Assembly: GCA_036172245.1 (NCBI GenBank) | Contig: JAYWIR010000083.1 | Span: forward strand, 1 to 64,000 | Direction of reading: 5' to 3' | Length of the DNA: 64,000 bases | DNA from: Raillietiella orientalis | Lineage: Eukaryota | Part shown: one piece after another, positions 26,876-39,615 of the stretch | Layout: every line of letters starts with the position of its first letter | Numbering within the stretch: position 1 is the first letter of the stretch | Notes under the pieces: generated by a model | Database searches by the model: none | Seen by the model: the letters and a program-made list of their open reading frames with translations, nothing else | Told to the model about the DNA's origin: nothing | Made by a program: the position numbers and the translations under genes

Positions 26876-28165
26876 TTCGTGGCTCCTGCAGCCCTCTTCC
26901 GGGTGCAGGAGATGAACAAGTGTTCTCTGCGCCAGAAACGGCTACCGACGGGCATCTGCAGAGGTAGACCGTTCCCCCGCCGACTCTGTGTAGGTGAAGA
27001 TTGATCCAAGCGGAGCTGCTATGGAGCATTGTCCTTGGAAGGCAAGGAGGATATCCCGTTGCCTCTTTTAAGTTCGCTTTGGTGTTGGAGTGGTGAACAC
27101 TCAAGAGGGGATCACGAGGATCGATGCAAATCCAGAATGCAACTCCCGTTAGAGCCATATCAAGAGAAGCCTCCAGGACCATTTGCTAAGCATGATAAAA
27201 GCAAATTTCATCCTCTGACGATGAAGTGGAAAAAGATACTCTGGAGGACCTCTCTCGCCCTCGAAAGTTTGAAAGCTGCTATCTTTGGAAGATTCGTTTG
27301 GACATACGTACCGCCGGCGCAGGTACCTGCGGAGAGACAAGCAGGAAAACTTTCCTCCTTGAACAATAAAGGAACAAAGTTTCAGGAAAGATTTCAGAAA
27401 AACAACGGCCTCCCTGTGCCACGGGGGTTTCTTTAGAGGTCAAGCAGCGTAGCGCCCTTGGAACTGAAAGCAATACACGGAGCCACCGAAGGCAATCACG
27501 GAAGTGAATGGGATCGATTGGTCACTGCGAGTCTGGAAGCAGAAGGAAAGTTTAAAGTTGGTCGCACAGGAATCCAAAGGAGCTTCTAAAAATAGTCCCG
27601 CGCTCCAATGAGGCTGCCGTCTGGATGTCTTCGCTCAGCCAGGAACTTGATTAGCGATTCTGCGCCCTCCTTGGTGCATGTGGCTGGTGAGAAGCTGTCT
27701 CGAACGGGTCGACATCTCATTTCAAGAAAACACTCTTCCCTGCCTCCAATCCCTTCCTGGAAGCTGGCGCTAGAACCCTTCCTCCTGCATGACATTCCTA
27801 ATTTCGGACGGTGAGTTTGGGAGAGATGGGAACAACGATCTGGTTTTCGTCCTTTCGGGTTCTCGTCTGCCACGAGGACACTGGATTGGCAAACCAGTGG
27901 CCGTTATGCCAATCCAGTCTGGAATTCGGGGTGTTCCCTCTCCAACTAGTGGATGAGTAAATGATCAGTATTCCAGTGCTCTGAATCGAAGGGAACGGAT
28001 TGGACGAAGGAACTCCCGTAAACTGAGACGAAGTCTCTGCGCCCACATTCAGAAAGACCCTCATCACTGCTTTCCACTTCTGGGTATCCAGGAAGTCAGA
28101 CTGAGGGCAGCGGGGAGCTACGAGGGCGAGCTGCTGAAATTCACCTCTGCAGTCTCACAAAAAAT

Positions 28166-29335
28166 GTTTTTTGCCCGATCGCCCTGGGGTGTTTGTCGAC
28201 AAGAAAGATGCCACAAGCTGGGGACGGACTTTCCGAAACGGAAACAGAAAGATGTTCAGCGAGAGGGTCGGTCGGCGCGTGGAGCGGGGGAGACGCAGGC
28301 AATAAATAAATAAATAAGAGGAAGAGTGGGGATAGAGATCTCTCGTATCAAGGCCATTCCTTCTTTCCTATGCACGCTGCTGAACTCTAGAGACCTTCCT
28401 TTTGGCTTCTTCCGGCTGAAGCCCACTCGGCAGGCGTCCTCATGCTGGCAGTTACCAAGCGAGTGACCTCACCCATACCCCAGCACGTGGCGGGCGGTCA
28501 CGATGGCGCGCGGGTGCGGCATCTCGTAGCGATCTCGGCGCCCGCCACAAGTGCTCCTTGCGTGAAGAAACGTCTCAGCCAGTCCTTGGCGGTGTCATCC
28601 GAAAGCAAGAGCGCTGGAGACAGCCTTCTACAGATTGTGGGAGTCACCGCAGTGCAGCAGAAGCTGTGGACGATCCCGACCGCCTCTCTCCTTAAACAGT
28701 CCCCCGGAAACCAGGTCCCTATTGAGGTTGCACTGGGAGCCCCAGCGCAGAAACAGCAGCACGTCCCGTTTCCACCGCAACGGTGGCACCACGGTAGAGT
28801 CAATCCAGGAGGAAAGTACTCCGAGTTCTTCGAGAGCCACGTCCAGCAGGTCGCTCCACCGAAGCAGTCCCTTTTCCCGGAAACGAGGAGTTGTGCCACC
28901 CACCAACTTCGGGACTCCCTCAACGGTGCAGGAGTACTCTCACTCCCACTCCTACCGATTGGTTACTGTTGTCGTTAGGGTAGATGGCGTTTCTGCAAGG
29001 GATGTGGCGGTTATCCGGGCCCACTTCGCGCAGTCCCACTGGACATACCGAGAGGTCGTTCAGCAGACAACCAAGTATTTCGGGGCGCACTTCCAGGGAG
29101 CAACAGTCATTTCGTGGAGGTCACCGCAGTGCAGTAGCAGATGCAGGGACCCACCGTCCCGCACTTGAAATATTCGGGGATGGAACTCTTCCGGAGACAG
29201 GGTGTCGGGACTGGTTGCATGCTGGAAGACTCTGCCCACCATCTCGTGCCTCCACTTCAGAGGGACAAGTCAATAAGCATATGGTGAGAGATTTTGGCTT
29301 CTCCGGTCCACAGGCACGCCTCACACGTGCTGATC
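28166..29335 (-). mobile_element. L1/Tx1-like 3' fragments (two overlapping pieces)
   Basis: TPRFREKGLLRWSDLL and PLRWKRDVLLFLRWG match 11690-11825. (Q/H)LLLHCGD occurs twice. Degenerate terminal motif ACAAACACCCCAGGGCGATCGGGCAAAAAA. Confidence 0.75.
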
Positions 29336-30454
29336 ACTAAGAAGGAATAAAAAAAAATACACCCATGAGGGTCTCTTGCCAGCCGGAGCACAGATGGACC
29401 AAGCAGACGAACGGGCTAGTCACAGCAGACCACGAGTATTCGGCGGCGTTGTTGCTGGGAGATGGACACTACGGTTGCCGTTTTGCTCGCAACAGGGCCG
29501 TGTGGATGCGGAGGGCAGGAATTCCTGCAGTTTGCAGCTCACCGTTCCGAGCCACAGGACTCTCTCTCCTGAGAAGAGTGCTGTGATCCCATGGGATGCC
29601 ATCTCACTATCGGCAGCAGGAGCCCGCCTTCCGTCCGGAGACACGTTAAGCCCCCTGGCTTTTGCTTCGCTCCCTGGAATGACGCTCGGAGCTTTGACAG
29701 CAGGGTATTCTCATCGTCGCTTCTCTTTCGGCGTCGAGGAGCTCCTGACTCGGCACGCCGTCGAAGATCTTGCTGCTGTTGGCTTCTTAGCCTGTATTAC
29801 GTCCTGCTGCCCGATTCTTCTGGAAGCTAGCAGCAGCCTCGTTTGAGCTCCTCTGAACTGTCGGTCGTGACAATGCATAAAAAATGCTGAAAGGATGAAC
29901 TGATTTTCCAGCTGCCGCTGTCCAGCGGCTATCAACCACGGATGGCTGCACAGCTTTTGCTGTAGCCATTGGCCTCAGCGAGGCAGATGACATCAGGCGA
30001 TCTCGATGACGATAGTCAGAGCATCTGGACAGGACCAAAGGCAGTGATGGCAGAAGAATGGTCCTGCACTATGTGGACAGAAACAGCAGCAACAGAAAAC
30101 GGACGATGCTGATGAAAGAGATACCAATCCGAGAAGAATTGCGAGAATCAAAACGATCGATCTTGTCGTTCTGGAGGAGATAGCGGCGTCCATGAGAAGA
30201 TACGCAGTATCAGAAACGAAGAGAGTGGTGACAGCGAATGAGCTTAAAAAAGACAGCCACAAACGTCTGATGGGTTCAAAAGGAGTGAGTTGAAGACAGA
30301 GGAAAGTTGCTACTGCTTTCTTCAGGGCGCCTCTTTTTGCTGACAAGCACTGGCTCGCTCCCCCCCTCTCCTGCAATGTTGAAGTGCTAATGAGCCTTGT
30401 ACAACAGGAGGGCTTTGCATCCAAAGAGCTCAGTTTGTGAGAAACACCTTTTGA

Positions 30455-32200
30455 TGATGGAAACCCTTCTGGGTTCTGCCGTTTTCCCTGCTTCCCTTCC
30501 CGTTTTTTTCTTTTTCTTTCGAGTTTTCTTTTTCTTTTTCGGCTCGCCAAGTACTGAAGAATTGTTCACCTCCTTAGGAGGGACTCGTGGAACTCTTAGG
30601 TACTGTCCACTCCACCCTCTGTAACCGCAGAATGACTACCCTTAGAATTCAGGAAGACTCCGAAAGAAAGATTCCTTTCCTCTGACGCTTGGTTGGGAAG
30701 GCACATGTACCGCCACCGAAGAGAACCTCGAAGGGAACCTCTTCCTTATTCGCTCTGGAAGGACCCCCAGAAGGATACACTCCTGGAATTTCTTCACCGG
30801 ATGGAACCCGCAAGATAGTCGCCCCTTGTTTCCTCCTCTAAAGAGAACTCCGAAGGGACGCTTCCAATTTCCTCTGAAAGGCAGTCCCCAAAGGAAGCAG
30901 CGCACTTCACACTATGGGGAGGTACCAGCTCCATGGTACTCAATGGAGGGTCCCTCTTCTCTCAGGGGAGAACGGATCCATCTCTGCATTAGGAGGAGAA
31001 CCTGACATCTTGATTCCTGGAAGGACCCCGGAGGGTCAGCTTCCAATGCCGGCCAGTCAACAGAGACATCCAGCTTTCGACTACCACCAGTGCCACACCC
31101 TTCCTTAGGGACACATGGACAGCAGCCTCGTGGCTAGATGGGAGGTTCCTGTGAAACCTCCCATCAAGCCACGAGGTTTCCTGTGGAAACCTCCAAAAAA
31201 AGGAAAGTAATCGGCGAGTGGACAACGGGCCAGCTCTCCGACACTGCCACCCCAAAGGCTCGACCCCATGGACTTTTGAGCTGGAACATGCTACTGGGGG
31301 AAGACCTGCAGTGATCCCAATGCTCATGACCACCCATTCCCTTCCCCCAAAGTGGCAGGGGTCGGCGCTACTAATGCTGCTGCACTGAGGTCTCCCGTGC
31401 GCCCGTGCAACGCCCGCCGGCATCATTGTACACGAGCAGGAGGAGTGAACCCAAACTGTGCAAAGTGCGGGGAGCGGGAATCCCTCCCGCACCTCCTAGG
31501 GGACTGTGCTGCCCTCTGGACCCTCTGCGGATGCTTTGCCGCTACCCTCGGAACCGCCGGCGGCTACGCCAGAGACATTCTGAAGCGTCTTTTCCAGACG
31601 CTATCATGGCGGCATCCCCAGAAGCACTTTGCTGCCCATGTTGGCTGCATGGAGCAACTCCAGAGGAGGCCACAACTACAGGGACAACATCCACTTTGCT
31701 GTCGTCCTCATGAGGACAGCCTTACGATCTGAGAGTCCTGAAACAGGGACTTGCCGGCATTCTTACGAGGATGCAAAGGACACCCTCCAGCACCCGGTGA
31801 TCCCTTCTCGAGCCCCCCTTCCTCCCACTTTTTTACTGCATGTTTTTTGTTTTTTGTTTTGTTTTCTTTTTGTTTGTCTCCCCTTCCCCTGTGCTGACGA
31901 AGCGACCCCCGCTGGCCTGCGCGCCAGTTCCTGGAAGATTCCTCCTCGTAGTTATAAGTGAAGTGGCCACGTCCTGCCACAGACATGGATGTTTGTTTTT
32001 AGTAAATAAACGCCTCGGCGTGACCAGTTGTCAGCCAGTGCCATACCCGAAGTCCACAGGCCAACCAGCGTCATCCTGGGGGGAGAAGGGGGTTCAAGAC
32101 CCACGACGCGCTCTTCATTTCTCGCCGTCGATCCTTCCCTTGGAGGGATTCGAACCCGCGACTCTTGGAGACACGCGCGGAGACCGCAACCACACGGCAA
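30455..32200 (-). mobile_element. SINE-like repeat, copy 6, interrupted by a LINE at 31101-32034
   Basis: Body and tail (30455-31100) and head (32035-32200) are colinear with the intact copy at 42480-43282. Confidence 0.8.
31101..32034 (+). mobile_element. 5'-truncated L1/Tx1-like insertion with 14-bp TSD
   Basis: CAKCGERESLPHLLGDC motif and terminal AATAAACGCCTCGGCGTGACCAG. Flanks are CCAGTGCCACACCC (31087-31100) and CCAGTGCCATACCC (32035-32048). Confidence 0.9.
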
Positions 32201-32429
32201 TCACCGTTGCTTTTCGGCAGCTGGACTCTGTAAGCTTGCTCGTCGCCGCTGCTAGTGACTATCCAGCCAGAAAAGAGGATACCATGCTCAAAAGAACTAG
32301 ACGAATCTCCCGTAGTTCAGGAATTTTTGTGAGCACATAGCGCGACAGAAAGCGAAGGAAGAAGAAAAGGCGTAAGAGGAAGAGTAAGAGGAAGAAAAAA
32401 AGGAGAAAAGGAGAAGGAGGAAAGGGGGA

Positions 32430-35400
32430 GGAGGAAGCATCCGTGACCCATGACCCGCTGCCCCTGCATCACCTGAGGGCAGCCGTGCTTGCCCAGCTCG
32501 GAGAGAAGCAGCGGGGAAACGCAGAGTCCTCTGCCTCCTTCCAGGCATTGAGAAACTCCTGGCATCCCTGGCATCCCAAAGGTACGTCCACCCAAAGGTC
32601 CCTCCTCCCACGGCGGTAGCGGTTGGACTTCCTGGATCATCATGGTCCCATCGGGCGTGGGACCAGACTTCCTCGGGAGCGAAATCCCTGGTCTTTATCT
32701 TCCAGTCTCCCCATCCTCGAAGTTCCTGGGCTCCTGCTTGCCTCGTGAGGAGTCCACAACGCCATCTTGCTGAGTTTGCGGTTCGCGTCTGCCTGTCCTT
32801 GGAGAGGGAAGGCCTTCGCTTCCGGGACTTCTGGCGCTCGTCCAGCCGCGGATGCGAGAAGGAGGGCGCGCGAGCTTCGCGCCGAGGGGGCGTCCGTTTC
32901 GCCAGCAGGGAGAACGGACGCGTCCCTTCCGTCTGCCGCTCTCTCGAAAAGCGGAAGTCGGGGATTTGAGCGGCGGCGGCGACGCTTCGTTAGATTCGAG
33001 TGCCCGCCGACAGAGACACGCCTGGCAACCGGCGAAACGACGGGCAACACCGCCTTCGTGTTGCTTGGAGACTGTTCGACCCAACAGGGGGGAAGAGAAG
33101 TGAGAAGGGGATAGCTGTTTTCCCTGGAAACCGATGCTGGGATGCCGTTTCCGGGTTTCATCGCCGGTTCCAGCGACGGGAGGTGATGCGAGGGAGGAAG
33201 ACGAAGAGGGCCTGGGCATCGTGCGGTGACCAACGTCCTCCGAGAATGCGCTTCACTTCGCTTCACCGTCGAACGAATCATCAAGCCCTGCAGCACCGGC
33301 ACGCCCAAGGAAGGAGGGGGTGCGCAAATGCGCGCGACGGTCGGCTCTCCCTTTTCTCCCTCTCGCTCATGCAACACCCACACATTGCGGCCAAGGCACG
33401 TGTCCTCCGCGTAGTGTTCCTGTGTGGCGGCGGCGGCGTTTCTCTCTTCCTCCAGTAGATCCGCCGCGGAGTACCACCACCACCATCCCTGCTTCGCCAG
33501 TGGGCAGGGCAGCTAGACTCGATCCGCTTGCGGATCCCCAGGGTTCGGTACTTCAAGTATTTCGGTCTACCGCTGAGGGACTGTTCTCCGGCGGAGACGT
33601 GGTCCAGCTGCCTCCAGAAGGCAGAGTCGGCGATCGGCCGATTCCAGGATGGCAAGTTTCTCTTGCCGACACGAACCGCAGTGTGGAACACGTTCGTGGC
33701 CCCCCTTTCGTTCCGACCTTTTGTTTATTTCTCACTAAACAGTATGAAGACGCGGAAGAAGGACCTCCTGAAAATCGCCCTGTGGGGCAAAGGGAGGTCT
33801 CGATCCCGCCTGAAGGATGCATCGCGACGTAGGCCTCGACCTCCAGAGGCTGAAGCTCCTGGAGCGGCAGCTCCAGTGGAGGACACTTGCCCTAGTGGCG
33901 AAGATGTGGAGCACCAACTGGATGAGAGTTCTCATGATTCCTGGTCATTCGAGCCACCAGTCATGCGAGACTGCCTTTGTTCCTGGCGCAGCGGCGAAGA
34001 CACAACGTGTTCTGCTGCGGAATGAGCTCCGGCGGATAGCCGCGTTGACCACAACCAACACCTGGATTTCCCGCTCGCCAGCGGACAGTAGCTCCTGGTT
34101 GAAGAAAGCCGTTCTCACATGGGTCAAGAAGAACGAAGCGATTCTGGAGATGCGGCAGCGACTGCTGCACTCCTACAACTGCTCGCTGCAGGACGTCATC
34201 GTGCAGCCCACCACGCGCGCGTGAGCCGAAAGGACCTCCTTAGCCTCGGCACTGCCCTCCCTGAATAAGCACCTGAGAAGTAAACAGCCGGTCGAATGGG
34301 AAGTCAGTTGCGAAATAGGTCTGCGGACTTAGGAACTAGGTGGTTGCACCACGGGTCAGCTCACGGACGCTGCGATCCGAAGTGCCCCACTGAAGGGACT
34401 ATTGCGCTGAGGCAAGCTCCTGAGAATCCTGCAGGAAGTCCTCGAGTGGCTCCAAGAGCTGAAGAACAGCGGGTCCTTCCCCTGAAGTGTCAGGAGTCGG
34501 CACTTCTGCTGTTACGCTGAGGTCTCCCGTGCAACGCCCGCCGGTCTCACTGGAACCGGGGGGCTGTGGTCCCAAACTGTTGCAGATGCGGGGAACGGGA
34601 ATTCCTTTCTCATTTGCTTGTAGACTGTGTTGCTCCCCGGCCCTTGTGGTTGCGCTACGCAACGGCCCTTGGGGCATTAAAGGGCAATCCCAGGGACGTG
34701 TTGAAACCCCTCTTCGTGCGCAATGTCCTTTCGCCTGCCGCATCCCTAGCAGTTCTTTTCCGCCTACGAGGGATTGTGATGGCCTGGAGGAACGAGGGGA
34801 CCGCCATATGCTTAGCCGTGCGCTTCCTGCGGACGGCAGCAGCATGACGCCAGCTGGAGCACATTTGGATGGAACTTGCCGACATCCTGGAAAGGATGCA
34901 GAGGATGCTCTCCAGAGGACTGCGATCTCTCCCCGTGTCCCCCAGAGTTTTTTTTTATTGATTTTTATTTTATTTTTATTTTTGTTTGCCGCTTCCCCCT
35001 CCGTTGCCGAGGCGAACCTCGCCGGCCTGCGCGCCGTTTACTCGGCGGGTTCCGAGCATTTTCGGGCAATGTAGGGCCGATGGCCCTACACACATATGTT
35101 TATTATGTTCTCATAATAAATGCCCCGGGCGTGACAGGGTGTTAAACCACCATCCCTGCTAATGAGCCTGGACATCGGGTAGGGCGGTTCTGGGAGCGTG
35201 GAAGACCGGATGAGGGTGAATCCGAATCCGGGAATGCTCTCTGAGGACGCTTCAGGGAGAAGCCAAACTCGGAACGCGAGCTCCGAGTCCCCGCCTGACT
35301 GTAGCAGCGGCCCTGGACAACGGAGGCTGCCATCCCCTCGGGTGGAAAGGGAACGCGGGGCACTGGGATGGACCGTGCCATGCATCATATGAGAACGGAG

Positions 35401-35545
35401 GATCGAGAGAAACCGCAGGATGGCGCATCTCGCGCGCACGCCCGAATTCCCAAATTCCTGCTCCCTGATTCCTGGCGACTGTGATGTGCGCCCGCGTATC
35501 AAACTGATGGATCGCCATTCGACCATTATGACAAGAGAGCTCATC
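32430..35545 (-). pseudogene. L1-like ORF1 plus endonuclease start, split by the 33494-35145 insertion
   Basis: Removing the insertion joins PEPPYPMSRLISRDGG to GGTPRRIYWRKR. Decayed zinc knuckles follow (LAAMC, CRCCRA, DVGH). LWDARDAR..PGRR resembles the APE WN.RG start. Confidence 0.6.
33494..35145 (+). mobile_element. 5'-truncated L1/Tx1-like insertion with perfect 15-bp TSD
   Basis: ACCACCATCCCTGCT at 33479-33493 and 35146-35160. Contains YFKYFGLP, RTAVWNTFV, LWGKGRSR, the CCHC motif and terminal AATAAATGCCCCGGGCGTGACAGGGTGTTAAA. Confidence 0.92.
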
Positions 35546-35994
35546 CCTACCCTTTTTCTTTTATCCCTAACCCTTTTTTCCCCCCTTTTTTTTGGGTAAA
35601 AATCTTTCAGCTTTAGTTCGGAAGGGTGACGCTGGACCCATTCGTCACCGTAGTGCGAACTTTCCGTTTCCTCCGCTTATTCCTCTCCATCACAGGAAGG
35701 CATCGCGGCAATCCTTACAGATGGCAAGGGAGCAGCGGAGTTCCAGGGAAGAGCGGAAACGTTGCAGCATCCGCGCCTGCCTCCTCCAGTCAGAGCCTGC
35801 TCGGAGACGCCGCCCGAGAGAGAGGGAGAGGAAGGAGAAATCCTCGACTTCGGTCCTGCAGCCAGCTCCTGCAGGCTCTCGTGAGCCGAACCGGGCACAG
35901 GGGAGGATGGGAATGGAAAGGGCTGCCGTAAAGGCCAGCAGCAGTAGGGACCGTTTCGATAGGCCGCTCCGATATGACGGCGAGCGATCGGTGG

Positions 35995-36175
35995 CATTGG
36001 AAGTGCAGTGGACATCCCCGTTGAGGATTTTCAGTTTCGAAGGGAGAGGTCGAGGCGGAAGTTCTGTGGACCGTTGGCCCACGAAACAGCTCCTCCCTTC
36101 CACATCCCTCTCCTTTCCTCCTCTTCATTCTGTTCTTCATTTTCTCCTCCTCCTCCCTTCTTCCTTCTCCACCTT
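35995..36175 (+). repeat. Unassigned dispersed repeat (inverted copy at 44640-44815)
   Basis: GGATTTTCA.TT.C.AAGGGAGA..TC.AGGCGG.A.TTCTGTGG.CC.TTGGCC.ACGAAA..GCTCCTCCCTTCCA is shared between the copies. Confidence 0.75.
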
Positions 36176-36349
36176 GCAAGAAATTCGGCTGATTTCGACC
36201 ATCTACTTCCAAAAAATTTTTCCAGATGCCACAAGCTGTTGGCGAACCAGGATGGGCAGAGGGCAACAGCTGTTTTCTTAACCAAGCGAACGGCACGCAG
36301 GAATCTCAAAAGTTCGTGATCTGGAAGGGTTGTGCTCAGAATCCGTTTC

Positions 36350-36940
36350 ATACCAGACTATGTGGCTGCGATCTGAGCGAGTGGCTCCAAGCGTTGTGGG
36401 TTCGAATTGCACCCGGGAAAGGGTCGACGCTGAGAAATGGGTGCGTCGTGGGTTTCGAGTCCCCTACTCTCCACAAGATCACGGGTCTTATACGCTTCGG
36501 ATGCGACACTGGTGGAAACCGGATGCCCCCCGTTGACTGGTCAGAATTGGAAGGTAATCCTTTCCCCCAGGGTCCTTCCAGGAATCAAGGGGCCTTTCGG
36601 AATTCCCCTCCGGTTGTGAGAATGTAGCCATGGCGTGTAGCTGGTTGATATCTCTCCAGAGTGTCGAGAAGCACGCCTATCCCTTCGGGGAACAAGGAGC
36701 CGATCCCTCCCGGGGAGTCCCTTGCGAGAAAACCAGGAACAGGTTTCCTTCGGAGACAACCGTGGAGAGGATTTCCTCCGGGATTTCCCTACCAAGCGTA
36801 AGAGGAACGGACTCCTTCCTCTGGAATCTTTCCTGGATTCATAGGGAGAACCCCCCATCCGAGGTTGCCCCCTAACTCGAAGAGTAACACGCACCCTCGG
36901 GTGAAGTGGACATCAGTAAAGAGCATCGTCAGTCCCCTCT
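36350..36940 (+). mobile_element. SINE-like repeat, copy 7
   Basis: GGGTTCGAATTGC and GGGTTTCGAGTCCC boxes; homologous body. Confidence 0.8.
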
Positions 36941-37064
36941 AGGTCCCTATTTCCGATCGCCTATCTGCTCCGGTGCTGCTCGCATCCTCTGAAGACAGTT
37001 TCTTCCTATGCTTTCACATACAAGAAGTGTCCTTTCGGCGTCGCCGCCGTCTCCCCCATCGGTG

Positions 37065-37235
37065 GGAGCGAAAGGAGGTGAAGGAGGAAGAAGGAAGGAG
37101 AAACGAAGAGGAGGAGGAAGGACGGAAGGGAAGAGGAAGAAAGGAGAAGGAGGAGAAGCAAGGGAAGGGGAGTGGAAGAGGAGGAGGAAGGAAGGAGAAG
37201 GGGGAAAAGGACGAGGAAGAGGAGCGGGAGGCAAA
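37065..37235. repeat. Polypurine (GA/GGA) low-complexity tract
   Basis: Almost pure A/G run; a similar tract lies at 32350-32437. Confidence 0.85.
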
Positions 37236-37619
37236 AGGGTTCCGAGCACTCGCCGCATGCGTGAGTTCCATGGGAACGCACCCAGTGCTCCCAACGCAGC
37301 GCGCGCAGGTCGTGTCCTGACGAGGCGAAGAGGCGACGCACCGCGACCAGACAGCGCCGCCCCGGTAGGGTAAACACCCTGCCGTTCCTGCTGTCGTCTC
37401 TTGCAAGCACTCAGGCACCTGCGATGTGTATCCAGACGCGTCGCTCTGATTGGGCAGCCGTCGCGTGTTTTGCGGACGAAGGCCGCTCGCTGAAAGAGGG
37501 TTGGGTCCCAGGGAAAGCGCGCGACGGGGACATCTTCAACGGCACTATTTCCGCAGCTGCCGCAACCCTTCCTCAGGAGCGAGCCTCGTGAAGGAGAACC
37601 CAACTTGCCCTCCTTCCCA

Positions 37620-37960
37620 CTCAAGGGGTACATCGGAATCTCACGTTTCCACCTTCTTCCTGTCCGAGAAGACTTCCTAACCTGTTTCTTAAGTTTCTCT
37701 CGCCATGCCACTCCTTTTGCCATCTGCCGAACGATGGAAGGGCTGGGGTGGTGTGGTCTTGTTGACCAAAAGGATAGAGAATGGTGGCAGGGACGTCCGT
37801 TCGTTCACTTCCAGGCAACATTCGAGTTGATCTCCGGCCGCGCATACAAACATCCTGGAATCCAAGAGCTCCAGAGGCTCACAGATGAAACCCACGTCAC
37901 TGGAATCGTCTACCAGCGGAGGAAACTTCTCGCTGATTTTGATGAAGAACGCTTGTAGAA
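37620..37960 (+). pseudogene. Possible LINE ORF1 N-terminal remnant (related pieces at 35400-35545 -, 36170-36350 +, 54745-54960 +)
   Basis: WQGRPFVHF vs WKGLPYHFF; LISGRAYKHPGIQE vs LIRGRTSQSPGIRE. Confidence 0.35.
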
Positions 37961-38560
37961 GAGATCCAAGGGTCTGGAAGGCTGCTTTGGTGGATGCAAA
38001 GGAAAGAGGATCGGTGGCTCCAAGGGAGGCTGCTGCAGCCACGCAGTGACCCGTCCGCTGCTCCTAACCACTCCATTTTGGTGAGGAATTTTCCCGAGTC
38101 AGAGTGATTCCCTTCCACCCGGCCACTTGCTTCTTGCTCTCATTCTCGACAAGGCTTGTTTCTGGACCGGTTTCCGAGCATATCCGAAAATCCCATCACC
38201 CACCTACACAGCCAAGGCAGTACGTATCTCTTTTCATCTCCTTCCTCACGGAAGACGTTTATTTTTAGCGCATCAGGGAGGCGGAATTCGCTACGATGCT
38301 TTTCTCAAGATATCAAGTGATGTGATTGTCATCTCTCTTTTCATCTCCTGACATAGGCAACGCAATTCCAGCTTCCCCGCGAAAGGACGGAAGCTACTCG
38401 AGAAAGGTCGGAAAGTCTACTTCTTGGAAATGGGCCATTTTCTTCCAACCCGAAATCCCGGAGCTGGACATAGCACCGTCGATGAATGCGGAGGATGCCC
38501 AGGAAGTGCTGTTCCTGTCTCCAGAGGGGGCTGTTGCTACATCGAAAGATTCTGCCCTCT
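37960..38560 (-). pseudogene. Possible DIRS RNase H remnant
   Basis: FIDGAMSSSGISGW, NHIT*YLEK and KIPHQN occur in the order of TDAS..GW, HIN.LE and HIPG..N. Confidence 0.3.
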
Positions 38561-39615
38561 AGACGTCTCCTGGAAGTGCCCGCTTTGGCGATCGATTTGA
38601 TGGAAAGTGGTTACGGAAGGCAGAGTGTCCTTTCCTCCGCTAGGAAAGGAATCCCTTCAGAAAATACTCGTCACGATCTTCTCTTAATAGGATCGCGCCA
38701 AACGAAGGAGCCATTTCCTCGTCCACACTTTTCCAATGGTATTCTAATTTGTAATTCGAGGAAGCAAACCAGACGTCTGGAAGGTCCGGATATTCCATCC
38801 GGTTCCATTTCCTGTTCCAGGGAAAAAGGAACGGAAATTTTGAGGGCTTCGAGTCCTTTCGTTACAGGAAGAAGTGCTTATTTTTTTCCCCTCTCCCCCT
38901 TCGCCCTCTTCTCCTTCGGTACCACACTCTTCTCTTGTCTTCTTGAGATGCTCGAGTTCTTCTTCAGTATAGGCATTGGAGGACAATTTTTCCGATTTCT
39001 TGAGTGTTAGCGCGCTCTTAAGGATGACTCCCTGCTGATGACAGGATCGTTGCTTCTTATTGTCAGCGTCAGAAAGGATTGATTAGTGCCATCCAAAGAG
39101 AACACCTGCCGTCATTTCTATTATTCTCGCCTTGGAACCCTACCGATTACCAGTTGCAGAGAGGAAGATGAATGCAGTCTTGGTGCAGCAAGGCGTGCAT
39201 GATTGCATTACGTAAAGCGAAGTACTTCATTTACAAATCTGCTCCTCGACTCTCAGGACACGGGTAACCTTCTTTTTTTTTTTTTTTTTTCAGAGCTCAT
39301 TCCTGGCGAGTTCGGATGGCGACCGGCAAAGTTCGAGGTCCTCGTGCCCGAAAAGCAAACGGGAGGAACACCCAACAAACGAAACAACCGGCGCGCCGAA
39401 AGGGCCGGCCAAGCAGTTTCGTTTTATGGCTTAGATATACGATTTTACAGCACGTTTCAGGAGCGGCCCTCGGCATTGTTCCGGAGTTCCTCCTCTGTTT
39501 ATCTGGGACGCTCGTTGCCCCTCAGCATGTTGCTTCTTCGGCTACTCGTCCTCCATCTCGCAAGGTTCTCTGACCGCTGGGGTTCTCTGGCTGTAGGTGG
39601 CTGTCGGTTCCTCGC

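Noticed and set aside
29993..30550. 185-aa ORF with basic N-terminus and hydrophobic/Cys-rich end
   Set aside because: The basic N-terminus is just the translated purine-rich SINE tail; the rest has no recognisable homology.
34990..35100. HDV-like or hammerhead ribozyme in the LINE 3' UTR
   Set aside because: The UTR is GC-rich and conserved, but I could not fit the nested pseudoknot or the CUGANGA/GAAA core by eye. An RNArobo/Infernal search would settle it.
36947..37723. 258-aa Pro/Ser/Phe-rich ORF
   Set aside because: It stays open because of the stop-free polypyrimidine tract.
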